From NCBI GenBank assembly GCA_900551185.1, contig URVF01000001.1, positions 1-33,133 of the forward strand: DNA of 33,133 bases, in the 5' to 3' direction. The notes below the pieces were generated by a model that saw nothing but the letters and a program-made list of their open reading frames with translations, did no database searches and had not been told where the DNA came from. The translations under genes were made by a program, and so were the position numbers. The DNA is from an uncultured Collinsella sp. GTDB taxonomy: Bacteria > Actinomycetota > Coriobacteriia > Coriobacteriales > Coriobacteriaceae. Positions 20,966-29,671 of the stretch are shown piece by piece (within the stretch, counting starts at the first letter, position 1; every line of letters begins with the position of its first letter).

Positions 20966-21505
20966 ATGGATGCCCGCAAGGCAAAAAGCCGCGCTGCCAT
21001 CGTTGCGGCGTTCTCCGAGCTGCTACGCGAAGAGGACTACGGCAAGATTACCGTCGGCGACATCATCGCGCGCGCTCACGTAGGCCGCGCGACATTCTAC
21101 GGCCTCTTTAAGAGCAAAGACGACCTACTGTCCGAGCTCGTGAGCGACATCTGCACCCACGCCCTCGACGACGATGGCACACCACTCGACGACCCACTCG
21201 TGCAGGTCGAGCATATCCTCAACAACCTCTGGGAGCGCCGCCAGGGCGTTCGAGCCCTCGTAGCCGGCGCCGGCTCCCGCGTCTTCGCCGACTGTCTCCG
21301 CAAGACCATCATGTCGCGCGCAGCCGAAACCGTCCCCGCCGACCCCGCAGGCCCCGCCGGCACCATGGACCGAAGCTTCTTACTACACCACATAGCCTCA
21401 AGCTTCGTAGCAACCGTCCAATGGTGGGCCTGGCACAACTTCCAAGCCCCAAAAGAGGACGTAGCCAAAGACTACCTATCAGCCATAAAACCCCTCTTCG
21501 GCTAG
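20966..21505 (+). CDS. TetR-family transcriptional regulator, SczA-like
   Basis: ITVGDIIARAHVGRATFY HTH; C-terminal SFLLHHIASSFVATVQWW. ATG is 2 bp after the larC stop, suggesting co-transcription. Confidence 0.88.
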   Translation: MDARKAKSRAAIVAAFSELLREEDYGKITVGDIIARAHVGRATFYGLFKSKDDLLSELVSDICTHALDDDGTPLDDPLVQVEHILNNLWERRQGVRALVAGAGSRVFADCLRKTIMSRAAETVPADPAGPAGTMDRSFLLHHIASSFVATVQWWAWHNFQAPKEDVAKDYLSAIKPLFG

Positions 21506-21666
21506 ACAGAACCCTCATCTTAAAGCCCCGCCCCAACCCAAAGCACAATCCATCCCAAAGTATCGACTACAGCCCAACGCCCCTACCAGCAACAAGCCCC
21601 TCCCATCCAAATTCAGATATATATGTTGGGTTGCTTGTACGAACGCAACAAAGACCCCGTAGCTGG

Positions 21667-21781
21667 CCGCATGGGGTAACTTCCCAGCGCATTCCGCAGG
21701 ACGCAAAAAGGCTCGCCGCACGAAGTGCGCAGCGAGCCTTTTTGCATGTCCGAGGACGCGCTGGGGAGTTACCCCATGCGG
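21667..21781. repeat. REP-like long palindromic element, copy 1
   Basis: 115-nt imperfect hairpin with outer stem CCGCATGGGGTAACT/AGTTACCCCATGCGG. Its core TCCGCAGGACGCAA..CTCGCCGCACGAAGTGCGCAGCGAG..TTGCATGTCCGAGGA is shared with 24619-24707. Confidence 0.75.
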
Positions 21782-21808
21782 ACGGCGGACAACCTATGTA
21801 GCCTCAGA

Positions 21809-22540
21809 CTAGAACATGCCCAAGAAACCGTGCACAAACAGCGCGGCCAGAGCGGCGCCGACAAACGGAGCGATGCCAGGAACGAGCAGGCCATACTTCC
21901 AGTTGTTGTCAGCCTTGTTCTTGATCGGCAGCACCTGATAGGCCATGCGAGGACCAAGGTCACGAGCCTGGTTCATGGCGAAGCCGGTGATGCCGCCCAT
22001 GCCCATGCCAACAGCCCAAACGATCAGACCGACGCAGATAGCGAGCATCAGAACGTTCTCGCCGGCGCGGTTAGCGGCAGCAAGGATGGCGCTGATGAAC
22101 ACAAAGGTGCAGATAGCCTCGCAGAAGAAGTTACGAGCATAGTTCGTGCCCTCGGTGGTGGGGTTGGTCGAGAAGATATTGCGCTGGGCAATGGGATCGA
22201 CAACGCCATCGGAAGCCTTGAACTCATCGGCATACATAAGCCAAGCGATTACGGCGCCCACAAAGCCGCCGAGCATATCGGCAATCATGAAGGGGATGCA
22301 GCTGCTCCACGGCACCAGGCCGACGATGCACTGGGCAAGCACCATGGCGGGGTTCATGCACACGGCACCGCCAAAGACAAACAGGCAGACCGAGATGCCA
22401 AAAGACCAAGTGGTGATGGCAAACATGTGGCCGGAGCCCTGATACTTGGTGCCCTTGAGCACCGTATCGCAGTGCACGCCCACACCAAAGATGATCATGA
22501 GGGCAGTTGCGCCGAATTCGCAGAGGAGTTTGGTAAGCAT
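21809..22540 (-). CDS. larD: MIP/aquaporin-family lactic acid channel
   Basis: TALMIIFGVGVHC..VLKGTKY.GSGH.FAITTW, NPAMVLAQ and FAMNQARDLGPR closely follow L. plantarum LarD/GlpF1 as I recall it. Lies directly downstream of larA. Confidence 0.9.
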   Translation of the reverse strand: MLTKLLCEFGATALMIIFGVGVHCDTVLKGTKYQGSGHMFAITTWSFGISVCLFVFGGAVCMNPAMVLAQCIVGLVPWSSCIPFMIADMLGGFVGAVIAWLMYADEFKASDGVVDPIAQRNIFSTNPTTEGTNYARNFFCEAICTFVFISAILAAANRAGENVLMLAICVGLIVWAVGMGMGGITGFAMNQARDLGPRMAYQVLPIKNKADNNWKYGLLVPGIAPFVGAALAALFVHGFLGMF

Positions 22541-22589
22541 AAAACCTTATCTTTCTTGTCGGTTATAAACGATTCGTTTGGGCCACGCA

Positions 22590-23867
22590 CTAGTGCTGCG
22601 CGACGACAACGCCCAGGCCATCGGGAATAACGGCAACCTTGGCATCGGCGCCCTTCATCTCAAAGGCGAGCTTGAGCGCCTCCTCGATAGTGTTGACCGG
22701 CGTCATGTGCATATCCTTGAGCATCTGGTGATCGCACAGGTCGGTAACCATGATCACAGGGTGATGCGCCAGGATGCGGGCAAAGATCTGGCTCGTCCAC
22801 TGATCGGGCAGGGTCTCGTCCTTAGGACGGTCGATGCAGGCGCGCTCAAACTCCGCCGGGTCGTTGTCGGCGATGTTGTGATAGAAGCCCTCGCCGCCGT
22901 GACCGTCGGCACAACCGGCGACGTCGATGATCACACCGCCCTCGGGAAGCGTGGCCTCGGCAGCGCACATGCCCTTCACGGCCTGATAGATGTTCTGGTC
23001 GAGCGGGTAACCGCCGTTGGTGGTGATGGCAATCTCGCACTCAACGGGCTCAACGCCGGCAAGGCTCTTCACGAACTCGCAGCCAGCCTCGTGCGCCTTG
23101 TGGATGTCACCGGCAAAAGAACCGATGACCTCGTGCTTGCCGTTGAGCACCACGTTGAGCACAAAGGCAAGGTGAGCCATCTCGGCGGCGGCGAACATGT
23201 CCTCGCTCACATGGTTGTGGCACAGGTTGCCGGCACGCGAGTGGGAATCATTCACAAACTGACCGTTGTGGTTGTACATGATGGTCTTGTAGCTGGCGAC
23301 GCCGGGCAGCACGGACTTGCGGCTGCCGGAGAAACCGGCAAAGAAGTGCGGCTCAATAAAGCCCTCGGCAAGCAACAGATCGCAATCGGCGGCAATCTTG
23401 TTGATGATGCACTCGCCACCAGAAGGCAGGGTGCCGATCTTTTTCATCATGCTGTCGTCAGTCGCGACGTGCATAACGATTTCCTCGTTGGCAACAATCT
23501 CCTCGCCATACTTGTTGACGAGCTCCTCGTGCGTCGACGGACGGTGCATGCCCGTAGCAACAAGAATGCGAACGCGCGCCTCAGGCGCAGCGGAGTGGAT
23601 GTGATGCAGCAGAATAGGCATCGTCACACGCGAGGGAACGGGGCGCGTATGGTCGGAGCTAATGATGACAATATCCTTCTTGCCAGCACAAAGCTCCTCG
23701 AGCGAAGGCGAGCCATAAGGGTTGGCAAGTGACTCCTCCACCAGCTCTTCCTGCGATTTTGTAGTCTTAAACTCGTTTTGATGACCTTCCATCACACCCA
23801 CGAAGTTCTTATCCTCGAGCTCCAGATGCAACGTCTTGTGGTCAAACGGCAGTTCACATTCAAACAA
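22590..23867 (-). CDS. larA: Nickel-dependent lactate racemase
   Basis: SDHTRPVP, ATGMHR, EPHFFAGFSGSRKSVLPG, NH, GGYPLDQNIYQAVKG and PDQW. A TTG start at 23867 gives 425 aa, matching LarA length, and has a purine-rich RBS upstream. Confidence 0.95.
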   Translation of the reverse strand: MFECELPFDHKTLHLELEDKNFVGVMEGHQNEFKTTKSQEELVEESLANPYGSPSLEELCAGKKDIVIISSDHTRPVPSRVTMPILLHHIHSAAPEARVRILVATGMHRPSTHEELVNKYGEEIVANEEIVMHVATDDSMMKKIGTLPSGGECIINKIAADCDLLLAEGFIEPHFFAGFSGSRKSVLPGVASYKTIMYNHNGQFVNDSHSRAGNLCHNHVSEDMFAAAEMAHLAFVLNVVLNGKHEVIGSFAGDIHKAHEAGCEFVKSLAGVEPVECEIAITTNGGYPLDQNIYQAVKGMCAAEATLPEGGVIIDVAGCADGHGGEGFYHNIADNDPAEFERACIDRPKDETLPDQWTSQIFARILAHHPVIMVTDLCDHQMLKDMHMTPVNTIEEALKLAFEMKGADAKVAVIPDGLGVVVAQH

Positions 23868-23989
23868 TGACGAGCGCCCTCTTCCTTTCAACTGACACAC
23901 TAGATAAACCGTTGGAAGGATACGCCGCTCACCGAAAAACACCACCGTCCACCGACTCATTAACACAACGTTCATATTTGACCCTCAAC

Positions 23990-24023
23990 AAAACGGCCGC
24001 GATCCCAAACGGGACCGCGGCCG
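23990..24023 (-). terminator. Intrinsic terminator upstream of larA (leader or sRNA terminator)
   Basis: Minus strand CGGCCGCGGTCCC-gttt-GGGATCGCGGCCG-TTTTGTTG. The single mismatch is a G-U pair only on the minus strand. Confidence 0.7.
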
Positions 24024-24436
24024 CTTGCAAAAGACACTATGGACAGGATGGCTTTAACGGCGCCGAGACAAACATCAGTCCTATGGCATGCGCGTGTAAG
24101 CTATCTTGCATAAATTAGTCAATAAACTGCATAGAATGACGCATGGGTTTCGAATCGTAACAGGGTAGCCCCCTCCTGAGCGTGCATTTTTGGGAGTATT
24201 CAGCATCGCGAGATAAGTCTTTGGAGCTAAAGGCCTATCGAAAGCCAAGAAGCCTCCATGGTTCTTCCCTTCTAGACAGCATGCAGCAAGAAACCATCCA
24301 TATTTGAACATTGACAAGGCCCAATTGGCGCGCAAAGGCATCAACAAAGACCGCAAACGTCACCTATGGTCCTATACATCAATCTATAGCTGCTGAAAAC
24401 TCCGTTTTTTGCACGCCGCCCCAAGCACCACCCTCA

Positions 24437-24660
24437 CCCAGCGGCTGATCCGCCAAAGGTCGAACATCGCAGGGTCCGCCATTAGCTTACTTTTAGGCAC
24501 ACTCCGCAGGACGCAAGAAGCCCTCGCCGCACCCCACATTAGGCGCGAAGCGCGCCATTATTCCCCCAGCCAGTAATCCGCCGAAGACCGGACATCGCAG
24601 GGCCCGCCATAGGTTTACTTTTAGGCACACTCCGCAGGACGCAAGAAGCCCTCGCCGCAC
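24437..24660 (+). repeat. Direct duplication of about 96 bp at a 128-bp period
   Basis: 24437-24532 and 24565-24660 both end TTACTTTTAGGCACACTCCGCAGGACGCAAGAAGCCCTCGCCGCAC. Confidence 0.85.
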
Positions 24661-24707
24661 GAAGTGCGCAGCGAGGGCTTCTTGCATGTCCGAGGACGTG
24701 CCCAAAA
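24619..24707. repeat. REP-like long palindromic element, copy 2
   Basis: Same core as 21667-21781, with compensatory stem changes (GAAGCC/GGCTTC versus AAAGG/CCTTT). Confidence 0.75.
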
Positions 24708-24747
24708 GAAAACTGATGGCGGGCCCGAACGACTACAGGGCTATCGA

Positions 24748-27573
24748 TTACCCCGTGTTTTGCAATCCTGCCGAGACGCCGGTCACAGTCGAAAGAATCA
24801 GGCTCATGTACTCGGCCTTCTTCTCCTCGGCCATCTCGTCCTGGTTCATACGCACCTCACGAAGGGCGCGGACCTGGGCGATGGACAGGGCGTCGACATA
24901 GGGGTTACGCACGCGAACGGCGCAGCCGAGTACGCGACGACGCTGCAGCGGCCACTCGTCACCGACGATGGCAAGGACCCACTTACGCGTGAGCTGCATC
25001 TCGGTGAAGACCTTCTCGGACAGATCCTGGCGATCGCCCAGGTGCAGATACATCTTGGCAATGCGCTGATCGGTCTTAGCAATCGACATCTCGATGTTGT
25101 CGATAAAGGTGCGGAAGAACGGCCACTCCTGATAGGCAGCCTTGAGCTGGTCAAGGTCACCCAGCTGCTCGCAGGCGGTGCCCAGGCCGTACCAAGCGGC
25201 CAGGTTGATGCGTGCCTGGCTCCAGCTGAAGATCCACGGAATGGTACGCAGGTCATCGAGCGACTTGGCGCCCAGACCGCGCTTGGCGGGACGCGAGCCG
25301 ATCGGCAGCAGACCGACTTCGGTCAGCGGCGTCACGGTCGAGAACCACGGTGTAAAGTCCTCGGTGTTCAGCAGGTCCAGATAGCGCTCGTGGCTTGCGG
25401 CGTTGAGCTTCTCGGCCATATCCCAGAACTTCTGCGTGGTCTCGGTGTTGGTCTTCTCGACACTCGGGGCCGACTGTAAAAGCGTTGCGGCGGCAACGGA
25501 CTCAACATGGCGCTGAGCCAGCGTGCGGTTGCCGTAACGGGCAAAGATGACCTCGCCCTGCTCGGTGAGCTTAAAGAAGCAGTTGACCGAGCCCTTGGGC
25601 TGCGCCAGCACGGCCTTGTTGGCCGGGCCGCCGCCACGGCCCACGGCACCGCCGCGACCGTGCATGAGCACCAGGTCGATATCGTTCTTCTCGGCCCACT
25701 TGGCGATGCGCTCCTGCGCGGAGTGCAGCGCGAGCATGGCCGTGGTAGGACCGGCGTCCTTAGAGGAATCGGAGTAGCCCAGCATAACCTCCATGCGGCG
25801 GTTGGTCTGGGCAAGGCGCTTCTGCACCACGGGCAGCGTGAGCATCTGGTCGAGCACGTCGACGCAGCCCTCGAGGTCCTCGAGCTGCTCGAACAGCGGG
25901 ATCACGTCGAGCTCGGGAACATCCTCCTCGTGTGCAAAGGACAGGTGAGCAAGCTCAAAGACGTCGGCCACATGCTGGGCGCTCTTGGTAAACGAGATGA
26001 TGTAGCGGTGCGCCATCTTCTTGCCGTAGCGTTTTTGGATGGAGCCGATAGCGCGGAAGGTGTCGATGACCTCGCGCGTCATGGGCTGCAGATCGCCATG
26101 GATACCGTTCTCGTGGATATCCTTGAGGGCGCGGGCGTGCACCACGGAGTGCTGACGGAACTCCATCTCGACCATATGGAAGCCGAAAGACTCGACCTGC
26201 CAGATGATGGTCTGCACCGGACCGTAGGCGGCACGGACGGCTCCGCAGGCGGCCAGCGAACGCTGGACGACGCGCAGGTCATCCAGGAACTCGTCGGCAC
26301 TGTGATACATGGTGTCGGTGATGCGGCGCACGGTGGCGTTCAGACGGTCGGCCATGACGAGCATGACGGCGCGATGCGGCTCGTGCTCGGAGATCAGCTC
26401 AGCGCGGGCCGTGTACCGAGGGCTCATCTCGACCTGATGGTTCCACAGGTTAATAAGCTCGGCAGAAGGCTTGCTGTAGGTGGCCTCGAGCGTGAGGTTG
26501 CGGCCGATGCGGCGGCACTTGTCCTCGAGCTTGAGCACCATGTGCGTAAAGTACTTGGCAGCGACCTCACGGCTCACCTTGGCGGTGACGTTGGGGTTAC
26601 CGTCGCGGTCGGAACCGATCCAGCTGCCGGGATGGAAGAACGCCGGGCACAGCGGCGGCACGGTACCGGCCTTGTCGCCCAACACCCAGTCATCAAAACG
26701 ACGATAGATGACGGGAATCACATCGAACAGCGTGTTATCGAAGATGTCGATGATGGTATCGGCTTCCTCGACCGGCGTGGGCTTCTTCAACGCGATGGGG
26801 CTCGTACGCACCAGGGCGTCGATCTCCTGCAGCATATGGCGCTCGTTCTCCACCAGGTCGGAGCCGCCCAGACGCGGACGCTCCTCCAGCAGGTTGGAGA
26901 TACGGCGAATCTTGCCCTCGACGGCCTTACGACGGGCCTCGGTGGGATGTGCGGTAAAGACAGGGTGGAACTCGAGCTTGTCGAGCAGCTCGTTGGCGCC
27001 CTCGACACCCATCTCGTCTACCAGCTGGTGATAGGCAACGGTGAGTTCGTTGGCGGGATCGACCTCGGTATCGGTCGACGCACCGGCCTCGCGCTCGCGC
27101 AGCTGCGCCACGCGGTAATTCTCCTCCGACAGGTTTGCCAGGTGGAAGAAGCTCGTAAAGGCGCGAACGATGACCTGCTGCTTATCAAGCGGCAGGCTGT
27201 CGATCAAATCGACGACCTCACGAAATGCCACGGCGGTGGACTCATCGGCAGTAGGCACGCCCTGCTCGTCGACGGCCTCGTCGGCAGCGCGCGTACCGGG
27301 ATTACCGGCGTTGGCCACAATCTCGGCCGACAGAATCTTGTCGAACAGGTCCGCGATCTCGGGATCATACTCGCTAAGCACACGACGCTCCAGGCGCAGG
27401 AACAGCGCCAGGTCATCGCGCAGCTCCTCGGGGATCTCGATCTCGGCGAGACGCTCCCTGGACTCGGCATTCGAGCCGATTCGGTTAACGAGGCGGTTGA
27501 CCACGGCAGCGACGCGCGCCGCGGCTTCGGGTACAGACTGGTTGCTTAGGTTCTCAGCCACGTTTCCTCCCAT
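24748..27573 (-). CDS. ppc: Phosphoenolpyruvate carboxylase
   Basis: VFTAHPTE, SWIGSDRDGNP, VMLGYSDSSKDAG, HGRGGAVGRGG, LRTIPWIFSWSQ and C-terminal LQNTG. Confidence 0.98.
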   Translation of the reverse strand: MGGNVAENLSNQSVPEAAARVAAVVNRLVNRIGSNAESRERLAEIEIPEELRDDLALFLRLERRVLSEYDPEIADLFDKILSAEIVANAGNPGTRAADEAVDEQGVPTADESTAVAFREVVDLIDSLPLDKQQVIVRAFTSFFHLANLSEENYRVAQLREREAGASTDTEVDPANELTVAYHQLVDEMGVEGANELLDKLEFHPVFTAHPTEARRKAVEGKIRRISNLLEERPRLGGSDLVENERHMLQEIDALVRTSPIALKKPTPVEEADTIIDIFDNTLFDVIPVIYRRFDDWVLGDKAGTVPPLCPAFFHPGSWIGSDRDGNPNVTAKVSREVAAKYFTHMVLKLEDKCRRIGRNLTLEATYSKPSAELINLWNHQVEMSPRYTARAELISEHEPHRAVMLVMADRLNATVRRITDTMYHSADEFLDDLRVVQRSLAACGAVRAAYGPVQTIIWQVESFGFHMVEMEFRQHSVVHARALKDIHENGIHGDLQPMTREVIDTFRAIGSIQKRYGKKMAHRYIISFTKSAQHVADVFELAHLSFAHEEDVPELDVIPLFEQLEDLEGCVDVLDQMLTLPVVQKRLAQTNRRMEVMLGYSDSSKDAGPTTAMLALHSAQERIAKWAEKNDIDLVLMHGRGGAVGRGGGPANKAVLAQPKGSVNCFFKLTEQGEVIFARYGNRTLAQRHVESVAAATLLQSAPSVEKTNTETTQKFWDMAEKLNAASHERYLDLLNTEDFTPWFSTVTPLTEVGLLPIGSRPAKRGLGAKSLDDLRTIPWIFSWSQARINLAAWYGLGTACEQLGDLDQLKAAYQEWPFFRTFIDNIEMSIAKTDQRIAKMYLHLGDRQDLSEKVFTEMQLTRKWVLAIVGDEWPLQRRRVLGCAVRVRNPYVDALSIAQVRALREVRMNQDEMAEEKKAEYMSLILSTVTGVSAGLQNTG

Positions 27574-27818
27574 TCCTCCTTCTATGCACGTAACATGCGG
27601 TATTTATTATAGGCACTCGGCAAAAACTTTCGGCGCTGATTGCGCTTTACCACACAAAAGTATTTTCTGCATTGCAAGGCTTTTTGCCCCAAATGGTCGT
27701 ATTTCTCGGTGGGCGGCATATGCAAACGGGGGCATTCCGCATAAATGCGAAACACCCCCGTAACAATCGCCCGCAATGAGCAGGGCACGTTAGCAGGCCC
27801 TCAGCTCAAAAAGATGCG

Positions 27819-29132
27819 CTACAGGCGCTCGCGAACCGCCTCGACCACGTTGGCCAGATCGACCAGTACCTCGTCATGGCTCTCCATGTCGCGCACCTTG
27901 ACCTTGCCAGCGGCGAGCTCGTCGCCGCCCAGGACCAAAATGAGCTTAGCGCCCACCTTGTCGGCCTGCTTAAACTGGGCCTTGAGCGAACGGCCCTGAT
28001 AGTCGGCCTCGGTCACGATACCTGCGGCGCGAAGCTCCTGCGTGATGGCAAAAACGTTCTGGCGCAGCTCCTTGCCGGCGTTGGCGACATAGACGCACGG
28101 GGCCTCATCGGCACCCAAATCGTTGCCAAAGGCCTGCAGGGCCAGCAGGGCGCGCTCAAAACCAACGGCAAAGCCGACGCCCGCCGTGGGCTTGCCACCC
28201 TCGAGCTCGACCAAGCCGTCATAGCGGCCGCCGCCACCGATGGAGCCGACGCCGGCACCGGGAGCCTCGACCTCAAAGACGGTGCGGGTGTAGTAGTCCA
28301 GACCACGCACCAGGGTGGGATCCTCGACATACTCGATACCGGCGGCATCCAGATAGCGCTTGACCTGCTCGTAGTGCTCGCGGCACTCGTCGCACAGGTT
28401 GTCACCCATCAGCGGAGCCTCGGCCATGATCTCGCGGCAGTGGTCGTTCTTGCAGTCGAAGGCGCGCAGCGGGTTAAGCTCGGCGCGCTCGCGGCACTCA
28501 TCGCACATCTCGTCTGCGTGATCGAGGATAAACTGCTTAACCTGCTCGCGGTAAGCCGGACGGCACTGGGCGTCACCCATCGAGTTGATGAGCAGGCGAA
28601 GCTTGGAAAGATCGAAGCCCAGGCGCTTGTAGAACTCCATGAGCATAATGATGCACTCGGCGTCTGCCGCCGGATCGGGAGCGCCAAGCCACTCGATGCC
28701 TACCTGGTGGAACTGACGCAGGCGACCCTTCTGGGGACGCTCGCCACGGAACATGGCCTCGGCGTAGTAAGCCTTAAACGGCGTGGAGCCCTGGGGCACC
28801 AGGTTGTTCTCCACGACGGCGCGCACCACACCGGCCGTGCCCTCGGGACGAAGCGCCAAGCGCTGCTTGGGCTTAAGCTTGGTGTCGGTGCCCTCAGTAA
28901 AGACGCGCTCCAGGTTGGCGCCGCTAAAGACGCGGAACATCTCCTTGCGCACAACGTCGGTCGACTGGCCGATACCGTGGACAAAGACGTCCACCTGCTC
29001 GATCGCGGGCGTCTCGATGGGCTTAAAGCCAAACGGCTCGAATACGCCGGCCGCAATCTGCTGCATCTTTTGCCAGGCGCGCATCTCGGCGCCGATAAGG
29101 TCGCGGGTTCCCTCCGCCTTCTGTGCCTGCAT
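27819..29132 (-). CDS. hisS: Histidine--tRNA ligase
   Basis: GTRD, LRPEGTA, FRGERPQKGRLRQFHQ, LVRGLDYY, GGGRYDGL and GFAVGFER. ATG at 29132 is 7 nt after AGAAAGGTG. Confidence 0.98.
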   Translation of the reverse strand: MQAQKAEGTRDLIGAEMRAWQKMQQIAAGVFEPFGFKPIETPAIEQVDVFVHGIGQSTDVVRKEMFRVFSGANLERVFTEGTDTKLKPKQRLALRPEGTAGVVRAVVENNLVPQGSTPFKAYYAEAMFRGERPQKGRLRQFHQVGIEWLGAPDPAADAECIIMLMEFYKRLGFDLSKLRLLINSMGDAQCRPAYREQVKQFILDHADEMCDECRERAELNPLRAFDCKNDHCREIMAEAPLMGDNLCDECREHYEQVKRYLDAAGIEYVEDPTLVRGLDYYTRTVFEVEAPGAGVGSIGGGGRYDGLVELEGGKPTAGVGFAVGFERALLALQAFGNDLGADEAPCVYVANAGKELRQNVFAITQELRAAGIVTEADYQGRSLKAQFKQADKVGAKLILVLGGDELAAGKVKVRDMESHDEVLVDLANVVEAVRERL

Positions 29133-29197
29133 GGGCAAACACCTTTCTTTTGTATCGCGTCATAGGTAGTGGACATTATACGGCACAAAGCAGCAAC

Positions 29198-29320
29198 GCG
29201 GCGGCGCGTCTGACCGAACGAGGGTATGGGGACTCGTTCGGCCAGACGTGCCGCCGCTGTTTGTGATCCGTTTTCCTCCGTCCCCTTCGGATCACGTGAT
29301 CTGTTGGGGACGGAGGAAAA
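29198..29320. repeat. Two adjacent long hairpins upstream of the hisS promoter
   Basis: A 25-bp imperfect stem at 29198-29257 and TTTTCCTCCGTCCCC/GGGGACGGAGGAAAA at 29271-29320. A minus-strand TATAAT at about 29175-29180 lies between them and hisS. Confidence 0.6.
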
Positions 29321-29437
29321 GGGACCATTTCGTAGGCCCGTGGCCGCCTTGGAAACCGAATGATGGTACGAGCATCCATTCGGCTCCCAAGACCGCCGCG
29401 GGCAGAGTTGGGTGAGCCGGCAAACGCGGCAGCGTGC

Positions 29438-29610
29438 TTACTCCCCCGCCACGCTCGCACACAGCTTGGCGGCGATGGGCTCGGATGCCAGCAGGAACAC
29501 GAGCATGACCACGGAGCACGCCAGGCACACAATCCAGGTGCTCGCAAAGGAGCCCGTGGCATCGAACAGCACGCCCGAGACGATGGCGCCGGTAGTGCCC
29601 AAGATTGCCT
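29438..29610 (-). pseudogene. C-terminal remnant of an MFS transporter
   Basis: LGTTGAIVSGVLFDATGSFASTWIVCLACSVVMLVFLL matches the G..FD.TGS[YF] pattern of MFS helices 11-12. The rest of the gene is absent. Confidence 0.6.
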
Positions 29611-29671
29611 TGAAAGACAAGGGCATAGGCCTTATGGCCATGCCCGCAGGCTTGAAAGGCAAGGTTGGGTG

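Noticed and set aside
20940..21100. Programmed frameshift into larC2
   Set aside because: The sequence after the larC stop encodes a clear TetR HTH, and I saw no LarC2-like reading frame.
24081..24356. 91-aa ORF upstream of larA as a possible larR remnant
   Set aside because: No Crp/Fnr motifs, no clear RBS and atypical codon usage.
29140..29330. T-box or attenuator upstream of hisS
   Set aside because: A TATAAT lies about 45 bp from the start codon, downstream of the hairpins, so they are probably outside the hisS transcript. No T-box motif.
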